From the NCBI GenBank assembly GCA_036867785.1, contig CP145411.1:434001-498000 (forward strand): a stretch of 64,000 nucleotides of DNA, in the 5' to 3' direction. Position 1 is the first letter of the stretch; each line of letters opens with the position of its first letter. Below, in pieces: positions 13,290-25,809 of the stretch. The DNA is from Plasmodiophora brassicae. Taxonomy: Eukaryota. The notes under the pieces were generated by a model, which was not told the origin of the DNA, searched no databases, and was given only the letters and a program-made list of their open reading frames with translations. The position numbers were made by a program, and so were the translations under genes.

Positions 13290-13790
13290 TTAATGCTGGA
13301 ACCAGCTGTTGACGTATTTCTTGGCCTTGTCGACGGTGTAGAGCGCACCGCCGAGTGCCACGCCGGCCGTCAATGTGAACCCGATGGCGCACCCTTTCTG
13401 AATCAGCTTCCCCGGAGACTTCCAAATCAGGTCTGCGCGAACCGCCAGATCAGAAGGGATGCGCTGTGCAGAACGCGATGCCTGACCTGCTTGCGCGTGC
13501 TTGGACATCGGCGCCGCTGCTGGCGGGGCCGCCGGCGCCGGCCCGCCACCCCCGCCCATGGCATGAGACGGCCCGGACGCCACACCGGTCCCCGGAGGCA
13601 TCGACCCCTCGCCCCCTGCGATCGGAAGCCCGGACCCGCTCGACGGCGGCGGCGCCGTCATCGCATTCGACGGCGCGCTCGGCGACGTCACGCTGATGCT
13701 GCCCGGCGTGATCGCCTCGCCCTTGCCGCCATGCCCGGCGGCGGCGCCCTTCTTCTCGTGGCGGATCGTGCTAACGAGCCCCCTGGCCAT
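13290..13790 (-). CDS. Small Pro/Gly/Ala-rich protein with C-terminal hydrophobic anchor
   Basis: 166-aa ORF with C-terminal AIGFTLTAGVALGGALYTV; divergent from the gene starting at 14003. Confidence 0.55.
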   Translation of the reverse strand: MARGLVSTIRHEKKGAAAGHGGKGEAITPGSISVTSPSAPSNAMTAPPPSSGSGLPIAGGEGSMPPGTGVASGPSHAMGGGGGPAPAAPPAAAPMSKHAQAGQASRSAQRIPSDLAVRADLIWKSPGKLIQKGCAIGFTLTAGVALGGALYTVDKAKKYVNSWFQH

Positions 13791-14002
13791 GGCCCTCGTG
13801 TGTAACGCCGCAGCCGACCCGCGCGCGTCGGACGATTCGGTCGCAACTACAAATAATCCCCGTTGTGCAGGAATTCATCCAGGCGGCGGAGCGGGGGGCG
13901 GCGGCAGTCGGCGGACCCGCCTAAAATCAGGGCCCCGAAATTGCAGTTGGGTCCGCCCACTCCGCGGGCCCACGGGCCCACCCCACGGGCCAAGCGATCC
14001 GA

Positions 14003-14571
14003 ATGTCCCGGAAAGGCGTCGAGTACGTCAAGCAGGTTCGGAACGCGGATTCTCCCCCCGTCTGGGTCACTGGCGGCGGACGCGCTGACGTGCTAGTGTC
14101 TGCGGGCAGGTACCCAAGTTCCTGCAGGCGTACCAGGAGGAGCACCCGGAGGTCGCCGCGCCGACCAGCTTGCACGCGGCCGCTGATGCGCACGATGCGC
14201 GTGAAGCGGAGCGAGCGGCGAAGAAGCGCAAACAGGGTGACGACCTCGTACCGGTTGTCGTAAACATTGACGATTACAAGGACGAATTGCAAGACCCGAA
14301 GAATGCTGAGCTGTTGGCTGAATTGGGCGTGTCCGGCGTTCAACGCGAAGACGAGGAGCGAGAAGAGACGCAGCCGGATCTGGAGCCGGAACCCGCTGCT
14401 GTTAACCCATCCGATGCTAAAGCAGATGCGTTGGAAGCGGAAAATCCTGGACGTCATGCGTTCCGAAAGCGGAACCGTGCCAGCAAGGCGTCTACTGCGA
14501 AGGCGTCGTCCTCGCCAAGGAGGCCTGGCAAGGTGCAGGCCAACCTGCTGTCATTCGGGGATGATGAATAA
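14003..14571 (+). CDS. KIAA1143/DUF4604-like protein (2 exons)
   Basis: MSRKGVEYVKQ, intron 14036-14109, then VPKFLQAYQEE...; C-terminal LLSFGDDE is characteristic of this family. Confidence 0.65.
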
Positions 14572-15118
14572 TGATATAATGGTACGATGTCAATGTTCCA
14601 AGCACGCGGCGTGTGTCCGGTCTGCTGGGTACTTTTGCAAGCATCTCGTAACGACGAGACATCAGTCGTCCCGCCTCCCGAGGCACCCTGGATCTACGAC
14701 ATCTAACGGCGACAAAGCCTGGACGGAGAAGCACTGGGTGACGCCTCTGGGCACAACGTGAGGATCGTTGGTGTACTGAAGGCTCTGTTGGCATCCACGG
14801 GCATCATTCGGTGATATGTATCGTCCCAGAGCGTATGAGCGCGCCCAGCGTAGGATCGTCAAGTTACAGATCTGGTCCAAGGGTATGGAGCCTATGGGCT
14901 CATCACTGCCATGGCAATCTGAGAACAACATCTCTGATTGCCTGGCGTTGGCTACCTGGAGTCCATCGGACGCGAACACGGTGCTCTGGCGCCTAGGAAA
15001 GTCTTCGCTGTTGCCGAGCACGAGGTAAATCATAGTAGCTAGTTCCGTCAGGAGCACCGGTCTTCAGGTCAAGCGTTAAGTTGCGATTCATTTTATGGAT
15101 ACAGTGTCCGGACCTGCA

Positions 15119-16014
15119 TTAGACGATACGCTCGAGTTCGGTCGCGTATCCCAGCCCCTGCTTGATGAGTTCCTTTGACGGAATGAAGAACGTTTGGTCG
15201 ACGACGGGGCGGAAGTGGACGACATTGTTCTTGAGCTCCCATCCTCGTTTGGCGCAGAAGTCACTTAGTGCGGCGGTAGACGACAGCTTCAACAGTTTGA
15301 TGGCGTCCTCCGGGGTGAGCTCCCGATAGGCCTTCTCAGAGCATTCGGCAATGTTGTCCCTTGCGGCACTGACGAGGTGGTCAACGAAGAACCTGTATTC
15401 GGGGAACGGGACCTTCGAGCTCGCATCCCACAGGGACCGGTAGCTGCCTTCCATCAACTCCTGCTCGAGAGCGATCGCGTACGAGATGAACTGGTTCCCA
15501 TGTGATGCAACCGGCAGAAGCTCCAGTTCCGTATGGAACTCGGCAATTCGAGATTCGGCGAGGAGACTCAGCAAGCGCAGACCAAGGACAGGCCACTTTT
15601 GAGACGATTCAGGCAGCACCGATCTATAAAACCCATATCAGTCTACCAGCGAAAGCGGGAGAAAACCGAGGGTTCTCACGCAAAGTCGAAGTAATACGGT
15701 TTCAGCTGCTGGAAATTCAATTCGAAGGCAGCCAGATCGCTGAGGTGCAGACTGAGCAGAACAGCGACTTCAAACCCGTCTCTGGCGGTGACCAGATGCT
15801 GTCGAACAGCGGGATCCGACGGGTTGAACGGCGGCGTGACCGGAAGTTTCAGCAAGGCCAACTGCGCCCCGCATCAGACGCGTGCTTCCCGACAGCACCT
15901 CGCCCGCATGCATACCTTAAACGAGTCGACCAGCGCCTGGCACTTCTTCAGGTCGGGCGACTTGGCGGCGAACGCCGTCTTCAGTTCGTTGAGGATCTTG
16001 GTGGCGTCCGACAT
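15119..16014 (-). CDS. RPN12: 26S proteasome regulatory subunit RPN12/PSMD8 (3 exons)
   Basis: FQQLKPYYFD, VLGLRLLSLLAESRIAEFHTELELL, LEQELMEGSY and C-terminal LGYATELERIV. Confidence 0.92.
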
Positions 16015-16187
16015 CGAGACGACGATCCGCAACAGTGGCGGCGACCCAAAAAATTTCCGTTGTAGGGGTTCACCTGGCAATCCCGACGTCAGGCGAGTCC
16101 CGCTATTCGTCGGTAATCTCGATAAAGATGTATTTAGACAGTGGATATGTATCTGCGCTGATATGGGTAGAGACCGTGAAAAACGGT

Positions 16188-18665
16188 TTACGGGAGCGGG
16201 GAGGGCGGGTCGATGAAGTTATTGGATTCGCGGCGCTCAGCAGTGCCCGGGTCCTCGTAGGCGGCAAGGAGGAGGAGAAGGTCGTTGTGCTGGTCGAGAA
16301 GAACGTTGTGCTCCGTCCGCAATTCACCGAGTTTCATTTCAAGGGCACGGTCCCCATCAGAGACGGGATGACCGGCCTTTGAAGATAGGTCGCGAAGCTC
16401 CTGCTGAACAAGGTCGAGACGATACCGGGTCAGGGCGACGTCGTCGGTTTTATCTGCCAGCTCGTCCAGGGCAGCTTGAAGACTTGACTCAAGCTCGGCG
16501 ATTCGTGACCGGGCAGCGATAAGCTCGTCTGATATTACGGACGACGGTATCACTCGTGGCTGCTCGGGAACACTGTCGTCGGCCTGCCCATCCCGCTTGA
16601 TGACAATCAAGAGCAGCCGGGAATCGCAAAGGTCGACGACCTTCTCGAACTGGCTCGAAAAATAACTGTCGAATAGCACTAGTTGCATTATGGGCATCGG
16701 TTCCCAGCATGGCTCATCTCGAACCTTGGCAAGTTCTGGAGACGCACGAAGTCGCTGAAGGCACATCTTGAATCGGTCAACGCCAATAACCGAAGTAACA
16801 ACCCGACGGAGAGTGGGACGAAACGTTTCAATATCTGAATGCACAAGACATAATGCCCATACGAACGTGCCAAGTCCACTAACAACGACGTCGGTGGACG
16901 TCCAGGGCGCCACAGCAAGCAGGCTCTCGGTGAGATGCGCGGACCCCAGCAAGATCGACACTGACTCACTGGAGTCAGCAAGGCATTCGCACAGCAGAAG
17001 CAGCAGCGACGAGCGAACACGAGCATCAGCATGTGATGTATCAAACGCGGCCTGAATCGTGCGAACGATGGAATCCATTAATCGTTGAGCAGGGCGCTCG
17101 TCAACGGGTTCTGCTATCGCTGTCGACAGCGCAATCTGTTTCGCCGTCTCGTTCCGTCGAACCAGAAGTGACAGAAGACGCGTCGTGATCCAGTACCGAA
17201 TCGAATCCCGGAATGATTTGGGGTCGTTGCGCCAGAGTTCAAGTGACTGCACGAGCAGTGGAGCAATGGAGGATGGAGCAACATCAGACGGGTGGGGAGC
17301 GAGTGCGGATACGGCAGCCACCTGCGCCTTTTCGTTATCGTAGTAGAATGACTCCAGAAGGAACAACGCGTTCGAGCATTGGTTGATGTCATGACCATCA
17401 AGGGCAATGCGAAGGACGTGAACTAGAGCAGTGAGCCCGTTAACTCTACAAGAGGACAGAGCGGTGCGAGAAGCAGGGCAGCACAGAACGCTTCGACCGA
17501 TGATTCGCAGAAGGCCACATGCTATGTCTGACGGCAAATCCCCATCGTTGATAATGGAAAAGTAGGCGTCAATGGCAGGTATAGTGGCCAGCTGCGCTTG
17601 CGAACGTTGGCCAGCATCAACAACAGTGATGATGTCGAAGAGGAGCGACAGAGATGCGGTCGGCTTGACAGCTGGAACAGGTGGTACACCAGGGTCTGAT
17701 GTTTGGCGTTGTACCGCGCCAGGCGGCGGCGACTTGAGATGAAATGCCTTCTGCACTGAAAGCAGTAGCGGGAACAACCGTTGAATGCATCCGACCTCCC
17801 GGAAATAATTGACGTTGGACACATTCTCGCGAATGAGGGCAAGAATCAAAGTGTAGCAGTCATCGGCGACGATGCCATGGCCACCTTCGTCTTTGGCGAT
17901 GCCAAGTAGAATCTCGAAGATCCCATTGAAAGCGCAGATGCCCTGAATGGCAGCGTTTCCAGTGACGAGTGCCTCCATGACCAAAATTGCCTCATTGCGA
18001 AGAATTTCGCCAGCAGCACCGAGCAGCTCAATCAAGATCTTGATGAAGCCGGATCGTGAGAGAATCGCCTCCTGGACCAGGCTGGTGCGCTGGCGCAGCA
18101 ATTGCAGAAGGAGGCGTAGCGTATGCACGCGAACCAAGACAGAGTGGCTGGGTTCAAGAAACATCTGCAGAATGTCCAGCGCGTCCTCATTCTGCAAGAA
18201 CATATCCGCGTTTTCTTGGGCGTCGGCAGCTGAACTTTGCCCTTCGTCTCCATCGATATCATCACCTGCAAGACCTCGCCTCAGAATAATTGCAGAGCTG
18301 AACACAATGTGAATAGAATGTTGAACAACATTGGTACTCGCTGGCTAACGCAAATCATGTCGGAGGCTACCTTGAAGGTCGATATCGTTCACGCCGCCTG
18401 GTGTCGGCGTTGTCGTCAACAGCGTCAACGTTTGAATGATTTCAATGTGTACGTCGGCATCATCGAGATGATGTTCGGCAGTATTCACGAGCACCCTGGC
18501 CAGGTGTTGGGCGGCACGATGCTTCGTCAGCGTATGCAGCGGGATCTCATTCAACTGGCGTAGAGCGTCGACGCGCTCGTCGACGACGCTCGAATGCTCG
18601 ACGCGAGACAGCAATCGCGACGTCGGCACGGTCGTCGACGTCGACCCGGTCAGGAAGGAGAACAT
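16188..18665 (-). CDS. USO1: General vesicular transport factor p115/Uso1 (2 exons)
   Basis: N-terminal RLLSRVEHSSVVDERVDALRQL, EILRNEAIL, IQGICAFNGIFE, NVSNVNYFREVG and C-terminal QHNDLLLLLA. Confidence 0.85.
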
Positions 18666-19093
18666 GGTCGAGCCGGCAGCGTGCGGCTGCGGCTGCGGCT
18701 GCCGCCCCTACGACCGCACTCGGCTCTGCAACGATCGGTTTCACACTACCGGGGCAGAACGCATCAAAAGCCCCGTGAGGCTGACCTCCACCTCGCACTG
18801 TGTCACAGACTCGAACGACGCCATGGCCGATTTTTCCCAATTCCAAGCCCGTGGGCAGCACGGGTCCATACGGAAGTCGCAGCCATCCTCGCATAGATCA
18901 CATGCTTGACGCGACGTTCCATCGTCTGCGATTCCTCTGATGTTACGCTCTGAAGAGGGTGCCGAGCCACTTTCGGTTGCGTGCCCAATGACGTGTATGT
19001 CAGTCGCCAACAACGCATGGTATGGGACAAAGACCTCGCGAGCCAGCATGCGAACGTGCCAGTCGACGAACGATGGATGAGCCGGGCCAAAAA

Positions 19094-19213
19094 GGTTACA
19101 TCACCATGCGGTTCCCCGGTGGTCCCCCTCCCGAGTACTGAACAGGCCAAACACCATTTGGCTTCGCAATTCGGAATGAGATACGGCACATTCGGTGTTG
19201 TATGAACGTAACC
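19094..19213 (-). rRNA. 5S rRNA (copy 1)
   Basis: 120 nt on the minus strand, GGTTACGTTCATAC...CCGAATTGCGAAGCCAA...AGTACTCGGGAGGGGGACCACCGGGGAA...GTAACC. The 5' and 3' ends pair (GGTTAC/GTAACC) and a TTTTT Pol III terminator follows. Confidence 0.88.
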
Positions 19214-19342
19214 GAAGGTCCTTCCGGCGGTGCACCCACTTCACGGGAGCACGCTTCTTTCAAGGCGCACTGCCATGCCATGGCGCACGTTGCAGTGAGC
19301 CGACAAAGCAGTTGATGACTTCGGCGAGCACCGGGCAAAAAA

Positions 19343-19462
19343 GGTTACATCACCATGCGGTTCCCCGGTGGTCCCCCTCCCGAGTACTGGACAGGCCAAA
19401 CACCATTTGGCTTCGCAATTCGGAATGAGATACGGCACATTCGGTGTTGTATGAACGTAACC
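19343..19462 (-). rRNA. 5S rRNA (copy 2)
   Basis: Same 120-nt sequence with one visible substitution (tactgaac vs tactggac), followed by TTTTTT on the minus strand. Confidence 0.88.
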
Positions 19463-19734
19463 AGTGTTGGTGGTTCACTTCCGCCTTCATGTATGCAATA
19501 GCTGCCGCCCCGTTGCCTGCCAATTTGGGGATCTGGTCCGACGTAAGGATACGATACGCTGGCCCCCACTATCTCGTACGGTACCGGGTCGGCCATGGTC
19601 AGGATCGGGGGATATATGTGTGTGCAAGGGCACATACATATAGGCCCAGTAATATCTTTCGATCTGTGTGTACTATTAGAACGAGGTCGTACTATCGACA
19701 AGCGTGCGTATTACACTTTAACACGCAACACGGC

Positions 19735-21133
19735 ATGGAGGGGGCTATCGGCCTCGCCCGGCGTCGCCTAAAGAAGCGGACCCTGCTGGCACACCTGCAT
19801 GGCACCATCTCCTGCGTCACGGGCCTCGCCAAGCACACCCTAGTCGGATCCAAGCGGCGCCTGATTGATCGATGCCGGCACGACGACCCATCCCTAACCA
19901 GCGTCAAATGGGAGGACAATCCTGGCGACGTACAACGACGCGCCGTCGTCGCCACCTGCCGGGCCTGTGAAGGGTTCGAAATCACAATGCTGGGATCGGC
20001 CCTGCTCCCCAACCGACACGTCCGCCTGCTCGACATCTCCGGCTTCCGATTGTCACCACCGGCCATCGACAGCATCGCTACCGTCCTGCACTCCAACACC
20101 GCCCTCGTCCACATCGTCCTGGACCAGACCGGCTTGGGCGACGATGGCCTCGCCAAAGTCGCCCACTCACTCAAGGACAACGCCACGCTCCTGATTCTGT
20201 CGATGCGCCGAGTCGATGTTACCTGGGCCGGCGCCGAATCCTTAGCGGGCGCCCTGGCCGTTAACTCGACGCTAACCACGCTAGACATTAGGTAAACCGT
20301 CGCTCGTCGTCTGCACCGAGACGCGTCTGACCTTTGCCGGGCGCTTCAGAGATAACTATATCTACCATAAGGGCGTTCGAGCGCTGACCGAGGCCGTGTC
20401 AGCGAATCGCCGGTCGCGGTTGTCGCGGTTCGACGTCCAGTCGACGGCCGTGAACCACAAGGGCGTCAACGCGCTATCGAGTCTGCTGCTGCTGCCCCAT
20501 TTCCGATGCCAGCTCTTGCACCTGAACCTGAGCAACAACACCGCCGGCGCCATGGGCATCGCCACGTTGGCGTCCGCCCTGCGCGTGAACCGCTCGCTGG
20601 TGTCGCTGGACATCAGCGGGAATTCGTGCGGCGAGGACGGCGCCGCCCAGATGGCGGATGCTGTTCGCTGCAACACCTCGCTGGGCCACCTGGACCTATC
20701 CAGGAACGAGATCGGCGATCGGGGAGCGATCGCCATCGCCATGGCGATGCAGGAGAACTCGTCGTTGCAGCACATGGACGTCGGGTACAACAAGATCGGC
20801 AACCTGGGCCTGCGCGCGTTGTCCCGGGCGCTGCTGATCAACGGGCGCATCGTCTCGATGGACATCAGCAGTAACGTCGCCGACAGGGTCCTGCAGGGTT
20901 GCTACACGTACGAGATCTGCAGGCGGCAGCGTCGCAACCGGTCCAGGTTCGCGCTGGCCGCCAGGCTCTCCACCATGCTCGGCGTCCGCTACAAGCGAGA
21001 TGGGGCTGCCGGGTCGCCGCCGCCGCCGCCGCATTCCTGCTCGAGTTGTTTCGATCGGCGCATGGGCGCCAAGACGGACGACGACGTCGGGGACGTTATC
21101 GAGCGCATACGGACGTTCACGTTCGGGTTCTGA
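19735..21133 (+). CDS. RNI-like leucine-rich repeat protein (2 exons)
   Basis: Repeated NxSLxxLDLSxNxIGxxGAxxLA units in ORFs 19444-20295 and 20396-21133; intron ~20292-20349. Confidence 0.8.
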
Positions 21134-21183
21134 ACCGCCGCACCCATCATACAAGTGTATACGAATATGCTATAGACATCCTG

Positions 21184-24100
21184 CTAGGAGGCGGACGCCG
21201 ACGCCGGTTTCAACGTGACGACCAGGCTGCCGTTTCGTTCGATGACGACGGGCGCCGCACCAGCGACCAGCGCCGGGCACTTGCTGTTGCTCTTCGTGTG
21301 CCCGACCATCTTGCAGCGCGAGCATCGAACCGTCACCACCTTCTTGGCTGGGGCCGCGCTCACAATGGTGTCCGTGTCGCCGGTCGCACGTAACGGCGCC
21401 GGCGATCCCGCTGCCGCCCCGCCAACCACTAGCATTGACGGGCGGTCGGACGACGACGGTGCAAGCACCTTGGGCCTCCCTCGCTTCCTCCCTGCGACCC
21501 CTTTCTGCCTGCCTTGCTTGATGGCTAGCAGCAGCGTCGACTTCTTACGCGCGTTGCTGCCTGGGAGCCGTCCACGGCGACGTTTCTTGGTGTCCAGGCG
21601 CTGCCTGGCGCGTTCCAGCCCCGCGTCGACAGCGGACGTCATCGCCCCAGCGTTTCCGCTGGCCGATGGATCCACGATCTCGTGCTCGGCGGTCGCGGAC
21701 GACGACATCAGCTCGTAGAATCGGGTGCCGTTGTCGACCAGATCGGCGGCGTACGCCTCGACCAGGTCCGGGTCATCGATCATCGTCACCATCGTCGTGG
21801 TCGTCCCATCCGACGCGTTCATCGTCGTCACGACCTTCTTCAGACGTTTCCTCTTCACCGTTTTCCGCTTCTTCACCGTCGTCGTCGTCGTCGTCATCGT
21901 CGCCGGCAACGCTTCGTCTCTCGTACTGGACTGCTGCGACGGCGTCTCCTTGGGCAACTTCGCCGTTTGCTTCGACTCGACCCAGTTGTTGTACTCGGCG
22001 GCCTCGTCCTCGTCAGCGGCGCCCGCTTTACCGTTCTTCTTCTTCCTGCCGAGATCCTCGCTCTCCATCATCGACTCGAGGTCCTTCGCCCATTCCTCCA
22101 TCTCGTCCACCGTGGCATCGTCCTGGTCTGTCGTCCCGACCAGAGCGCCTTCCTGCCCGGCAAGCAACTCGCATTGCCTCTCCAGCAACCTCTGCGCGTC
22201 CTTCAGGAACTGGGCCCTCAGCGCCCGGTACGTGTTCCTCTGCGACCTCGCGAATCTCGACCATTCGTTGTCGTGACCGTCGCGAGCCGCTTCGGTCGCC
22301 TTCAAGCGCACCAGGTCCACCCTCTCCCACCTGCCACACGTCAACGGTCAGCCGTCGAACGCTCTGCGATGCGCACGACGCGTCCCCAACCGGAGCAGCT
22401 TATCGATCCGGGCCTTGGGCACGCCGAACGACAGGAGAACGTCCCTGAGGCCGTTCATGTCGAGCTTCCGCAGGTCCTTGTTGGTGCCCGTGAGCCCGGT
22501 GGCCGGGCCGAGTTTCTCCTCGATGGGGTCCGGCTCGGCGCGGGTCGGCGCCCGCAGGTAGCTCAGGCCGCCGCCGCGCCCGATCGGGTTCCCGGGGCCG
22601 TTCAACCGCAACACGCAGAGGCCGTTCATGGCCGTGCAGAAGTTCGACGACAGGTTCCAGGGCGTTAGCCGCGTCTGCTGCTCGATGAACAGCGCGACGC
22701 GCTTCAGCGGGTGATCCGCGGCCATCTTGGCGATGAAGATGCGCTCCGACTGCGTCAGCGTGGCCAGTAACGCGATGCCGAACTGGTCGCGCAGCGCCTG
22801 CCGCCCCGACTCCAGGCGCTCGTAGACGCAGAGCGCCTCCGGGGTGACCAGGTCCCACAGGACGGTGTCGCGGACCGGCGGCCGATCCGGCCTCGGCGTC
22901 CAGTACCCGCTGAGGTCGCCGCGACGCTGGAACGCGGCGACCTCCTTCAACTTGGCGCGGATCGCCGTCTCCGACTGGTCCGGGAACGCGGTGAACACCT
23001 CGGAGATCTGAATGGCGCCCCGCTCCTGCAACTTGCGATGCATGTAGACGGTCAGGCGCCGTTTCATGAACGCGGACGCGGCACGGGAGTTCGGGGCGGG
23101 CACCTCCATCTTGGGCTGGATCTGCCCGGCCAGGAACAGGGCCGGCAGCGGCCGCAGCGAGAACGATGTCCCCCGCGATGACACGCACAGCAGAAAGTCA
23201 GTGGTGGACGTCGACAGGTGCTGCCGGACGACGGGGACGGCGAACATGTTGTTGTTCAGCGCCTGAATGCAGACGCCCGGGCGGATCTTGCCGAGGAACG
23301 GCGTCTCGTCGTCCATCTCGCTGGACACGACGCGGATGGTGCCGTGTTCGGGCTGCGGCTGGAACCCGTCCTTGTCGTTGCGCTGACGGTAGAACGTGAC
23401 CAGCTCGCTGGCCATGCCCGTCGTCTGGATCAGCAGCGGGTGCTGCTCGACGTACTCCATCAGGACCAGATCGCCGTCCTTGCCGGAGACCTCGCGTACC
23501 CGCCTGGGCACGAACTTCTTCGTCGACGACGACGCCTGTGGCGATGGGCGGGTCTGCCCGCTCGACACCTTCAGCGCCATCGGGGACCCACGAGCCAGGC
23601 GCAGCTGGGGGCGGTGCCATTCCGCCCACTCCTGCGGCTTACGATCCGTCGGGAACAGGTCCTCGATGAGGTTCTTGGCGAACAGGGCGTGCTGCAGGCC
23701 GGTCTTGCCGACGACGGCCCCCATGTCGTCGCGGTACGACGCGTACTTTCCCGAGTCGTCATGCGACACGTTGAACCGCGACGCCGGCGCCTGCTGCGGA
23801 GGCGGTTGGGACTCGGTCGGCACCTCCGTCTCGTCGCCTTCCTCGACGAAGATCATGTTGCGGTCGTTGGCGTTGAGAAGCAGGGGGACTCGGCCCGCCT
23901 TCGGCTTGCGGTCCCAGGCGACGTCCTCCAGCCAGGACATGCTTTCGAAATCGTCGTTCCTGCCGACGAGCGCTGCGGGCGTCTCTGGCATCGAGGTCGC
24001 CCGCTGTGGAACGCATGGCGTGTCCCAGTGCTGATCCCAGCAGTGCACCGTTGGCAGGTTCCATTGCGGAAGACTTTGGCCATGTCGTACGTCCCTGCTG

Positions 24101-24933
24101 GGACGCCGTCGCCGACCCAGATGAAGCATCAATGGGCGATGCGCCTCGGGGAGCGCCGAGGCGCTATACGGTTCAGGAGGTGCCGAGTCAATGAACGACA
24201 TTGCTGCCCTGGACGCATCGCTGGCCGTTGCTGCCGGTCGTGCATCGGGAACGGCATCGCCGCCCGGCGGTGTCGCCGGAGGCGTCTCCATGCGAACGTC
24301 GTCCTCCCACTGGAGCTGCTCGATCAAAGAGAACGACGATGGGTCCAGACGCGCTGCCAACTCGGGCGCATCATCGCCTTCGTATAGAGCCCGCCCGACG
24401 GCATACCTGGGGTCATCTTCCACATCGTCGTCATCACCGGGGCCAGCCCCAGACTCAGGCGTCCACGCCTTCGACCCGCTATCGAGGAACGTGGCCGCGT
24501 CGTCGGCGTCCGCGTTCGCCATGGCTTGCCGGCGATGCGTCCCACGTGCCTTGACCAGCTGGACGTCGTTCGCGTCGGCGATCGCCATCGGCCCGAACAG
24601 CCTGGAGAATCGCAGGACGAGTTCCCCGTCGGTCTCCACTCGCAGCACGTTGCCCGGGTCACGAAGCAGGGCGTCCGCCTCCGACGGCGACGCCTGCGAT
24701 GCCGGCGGCCACGTTACCGCTGGCGAAACGTAGACCATGGCCGGTGTCGCCTGGGGCCCCGGTCGCTTCTGAGGCTGCTGGTCGTCTTCCGTGTCCCAGT
24801 CGTAGTCGTCGTCCTGGTGCGGGGGAGAAGGCCAGCTGAAGCCGGGCGCCCCGACCGCTGGCCGGGGCGGAGGAGCATCCTCAGCGGCAGGGTGACGCCA
24901 GGGATGGGCAACGCTGTCGTCGGGCGACGACAT
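21184..24933 (-). CDS. TAF1: Transcription initiation factor TFIID subunit 1 (no bromodomains)
   Basis: DUF3591-type motifs LVLMEYVEQHPLLIQTTGMAS, GQIQPKMEVPAPNS, TPWNLSSNF, GPGNPIGRGGGLSY and TGTNKDLRKL; C-terminal zinc knuckle CSRCKMVGHTKSNSKCP. Confidence 0.9.
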
Positions 24934-25066
24934 AGAGCAGGGAGCGCAGATTCACTCCTGGGCACGCGACCCAGCACAGCCAACGTTCTGGATCATTCCT
25001 TCCGCAATGGTATGCCACCCCCTGGGACAGGGATCGACCTCGGGTACCATTGTCGACGGGGCGCGC

Positions 25067-25804
25067 ATGGCGCCGCTGTCGCAGGAGGATCGCGACCGGA
25101 TCCTGAGCGCGCTCGATGCCCCCGACAGCATCGAGGGCGGCTCGTCCGTCCTGAAGTTCGATAACGGGGTCGCCTACGACGGCGAACTGTCCAACGGAAG
25201 GTTCGTCGGTCAGTGAGCGGGCGCGGCCCCGACCAGTGAACAGACGAGCCAGGTTCCATGGCACGGGAACGATAGTCTTCCCGGAAGGGACAGTGGAAGC
25301 CGTATGGGCGCATGGCGTTGCTAGTGACGTAAGTGGAGGGTGGTCTCATGCGTTTCGAATTGAAGAGGTGGATCTGTGGGGCAGCCCGTCGTGACGTTCC
25401 ATGACGGTCTGCGGTTCCATGACGACGTCAGCTGGGACTATTGCACGGAGGACGACCAGCGCTTCCAGAGCGAGATCACCGACCCGCTCCTGCTGCAAGG
25501 TCGGGGCTCCCCAGACAGTTCCTGCCGATCGTGGCCCTAACCGCCCATTCCAGATCCTGTGCGTCTGCGTAACGATGGAGGCCCGGCCGCGATACCGCAA
25601 GGGACGTACGACATCGGCACTGGTTTCCTTGACATTGGGAAGGACGCGGTCTTCACCTACGATGTCAGGCGATGCCCAATCCCGTTTGTGAATGGTAACT
25701 GAGCCGATGACGCCCAGGGCAAGCTCATCGAGAAACCGAGCGAGGCGCTTCGACAGTGGGCCGTTGCCAACTGCTACGTCGCGACCGGTGCACAGTACTC
25801 ATGA
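25067..25804 (+). CDS. MORN5: MORN repeat-containing protein 5-like (multi-exon)
   Basis: Manual translation across short introns: YDGELSNGR-FHGTGTIVFPEGTVEAVWAHG-TFHDGLRF...WDYCTEDDQRFQSEI-IPQGTYDIGTGFLD-QWAVANC, matching the MORN5 motif order. Confidence 0.75.
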
Positions 25805-25809
25805 ACGAT

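Noticed and set aside
14662-15057. 131-aa minus-strand ORF
   Set aside because: No recognisable motif; lies in a convergent intergenic/UTR region.
18803-19701. Duplicated short ORFs (MPYLIPNCEAKWCL...)
   Set aside because: These are translations of the two 5S rRNA copies.
21184-24933. TAF1 lacking bromodomains as a novelty
   Set aside because: Bromodomain-less TAF1 is already known, for example in yeast.
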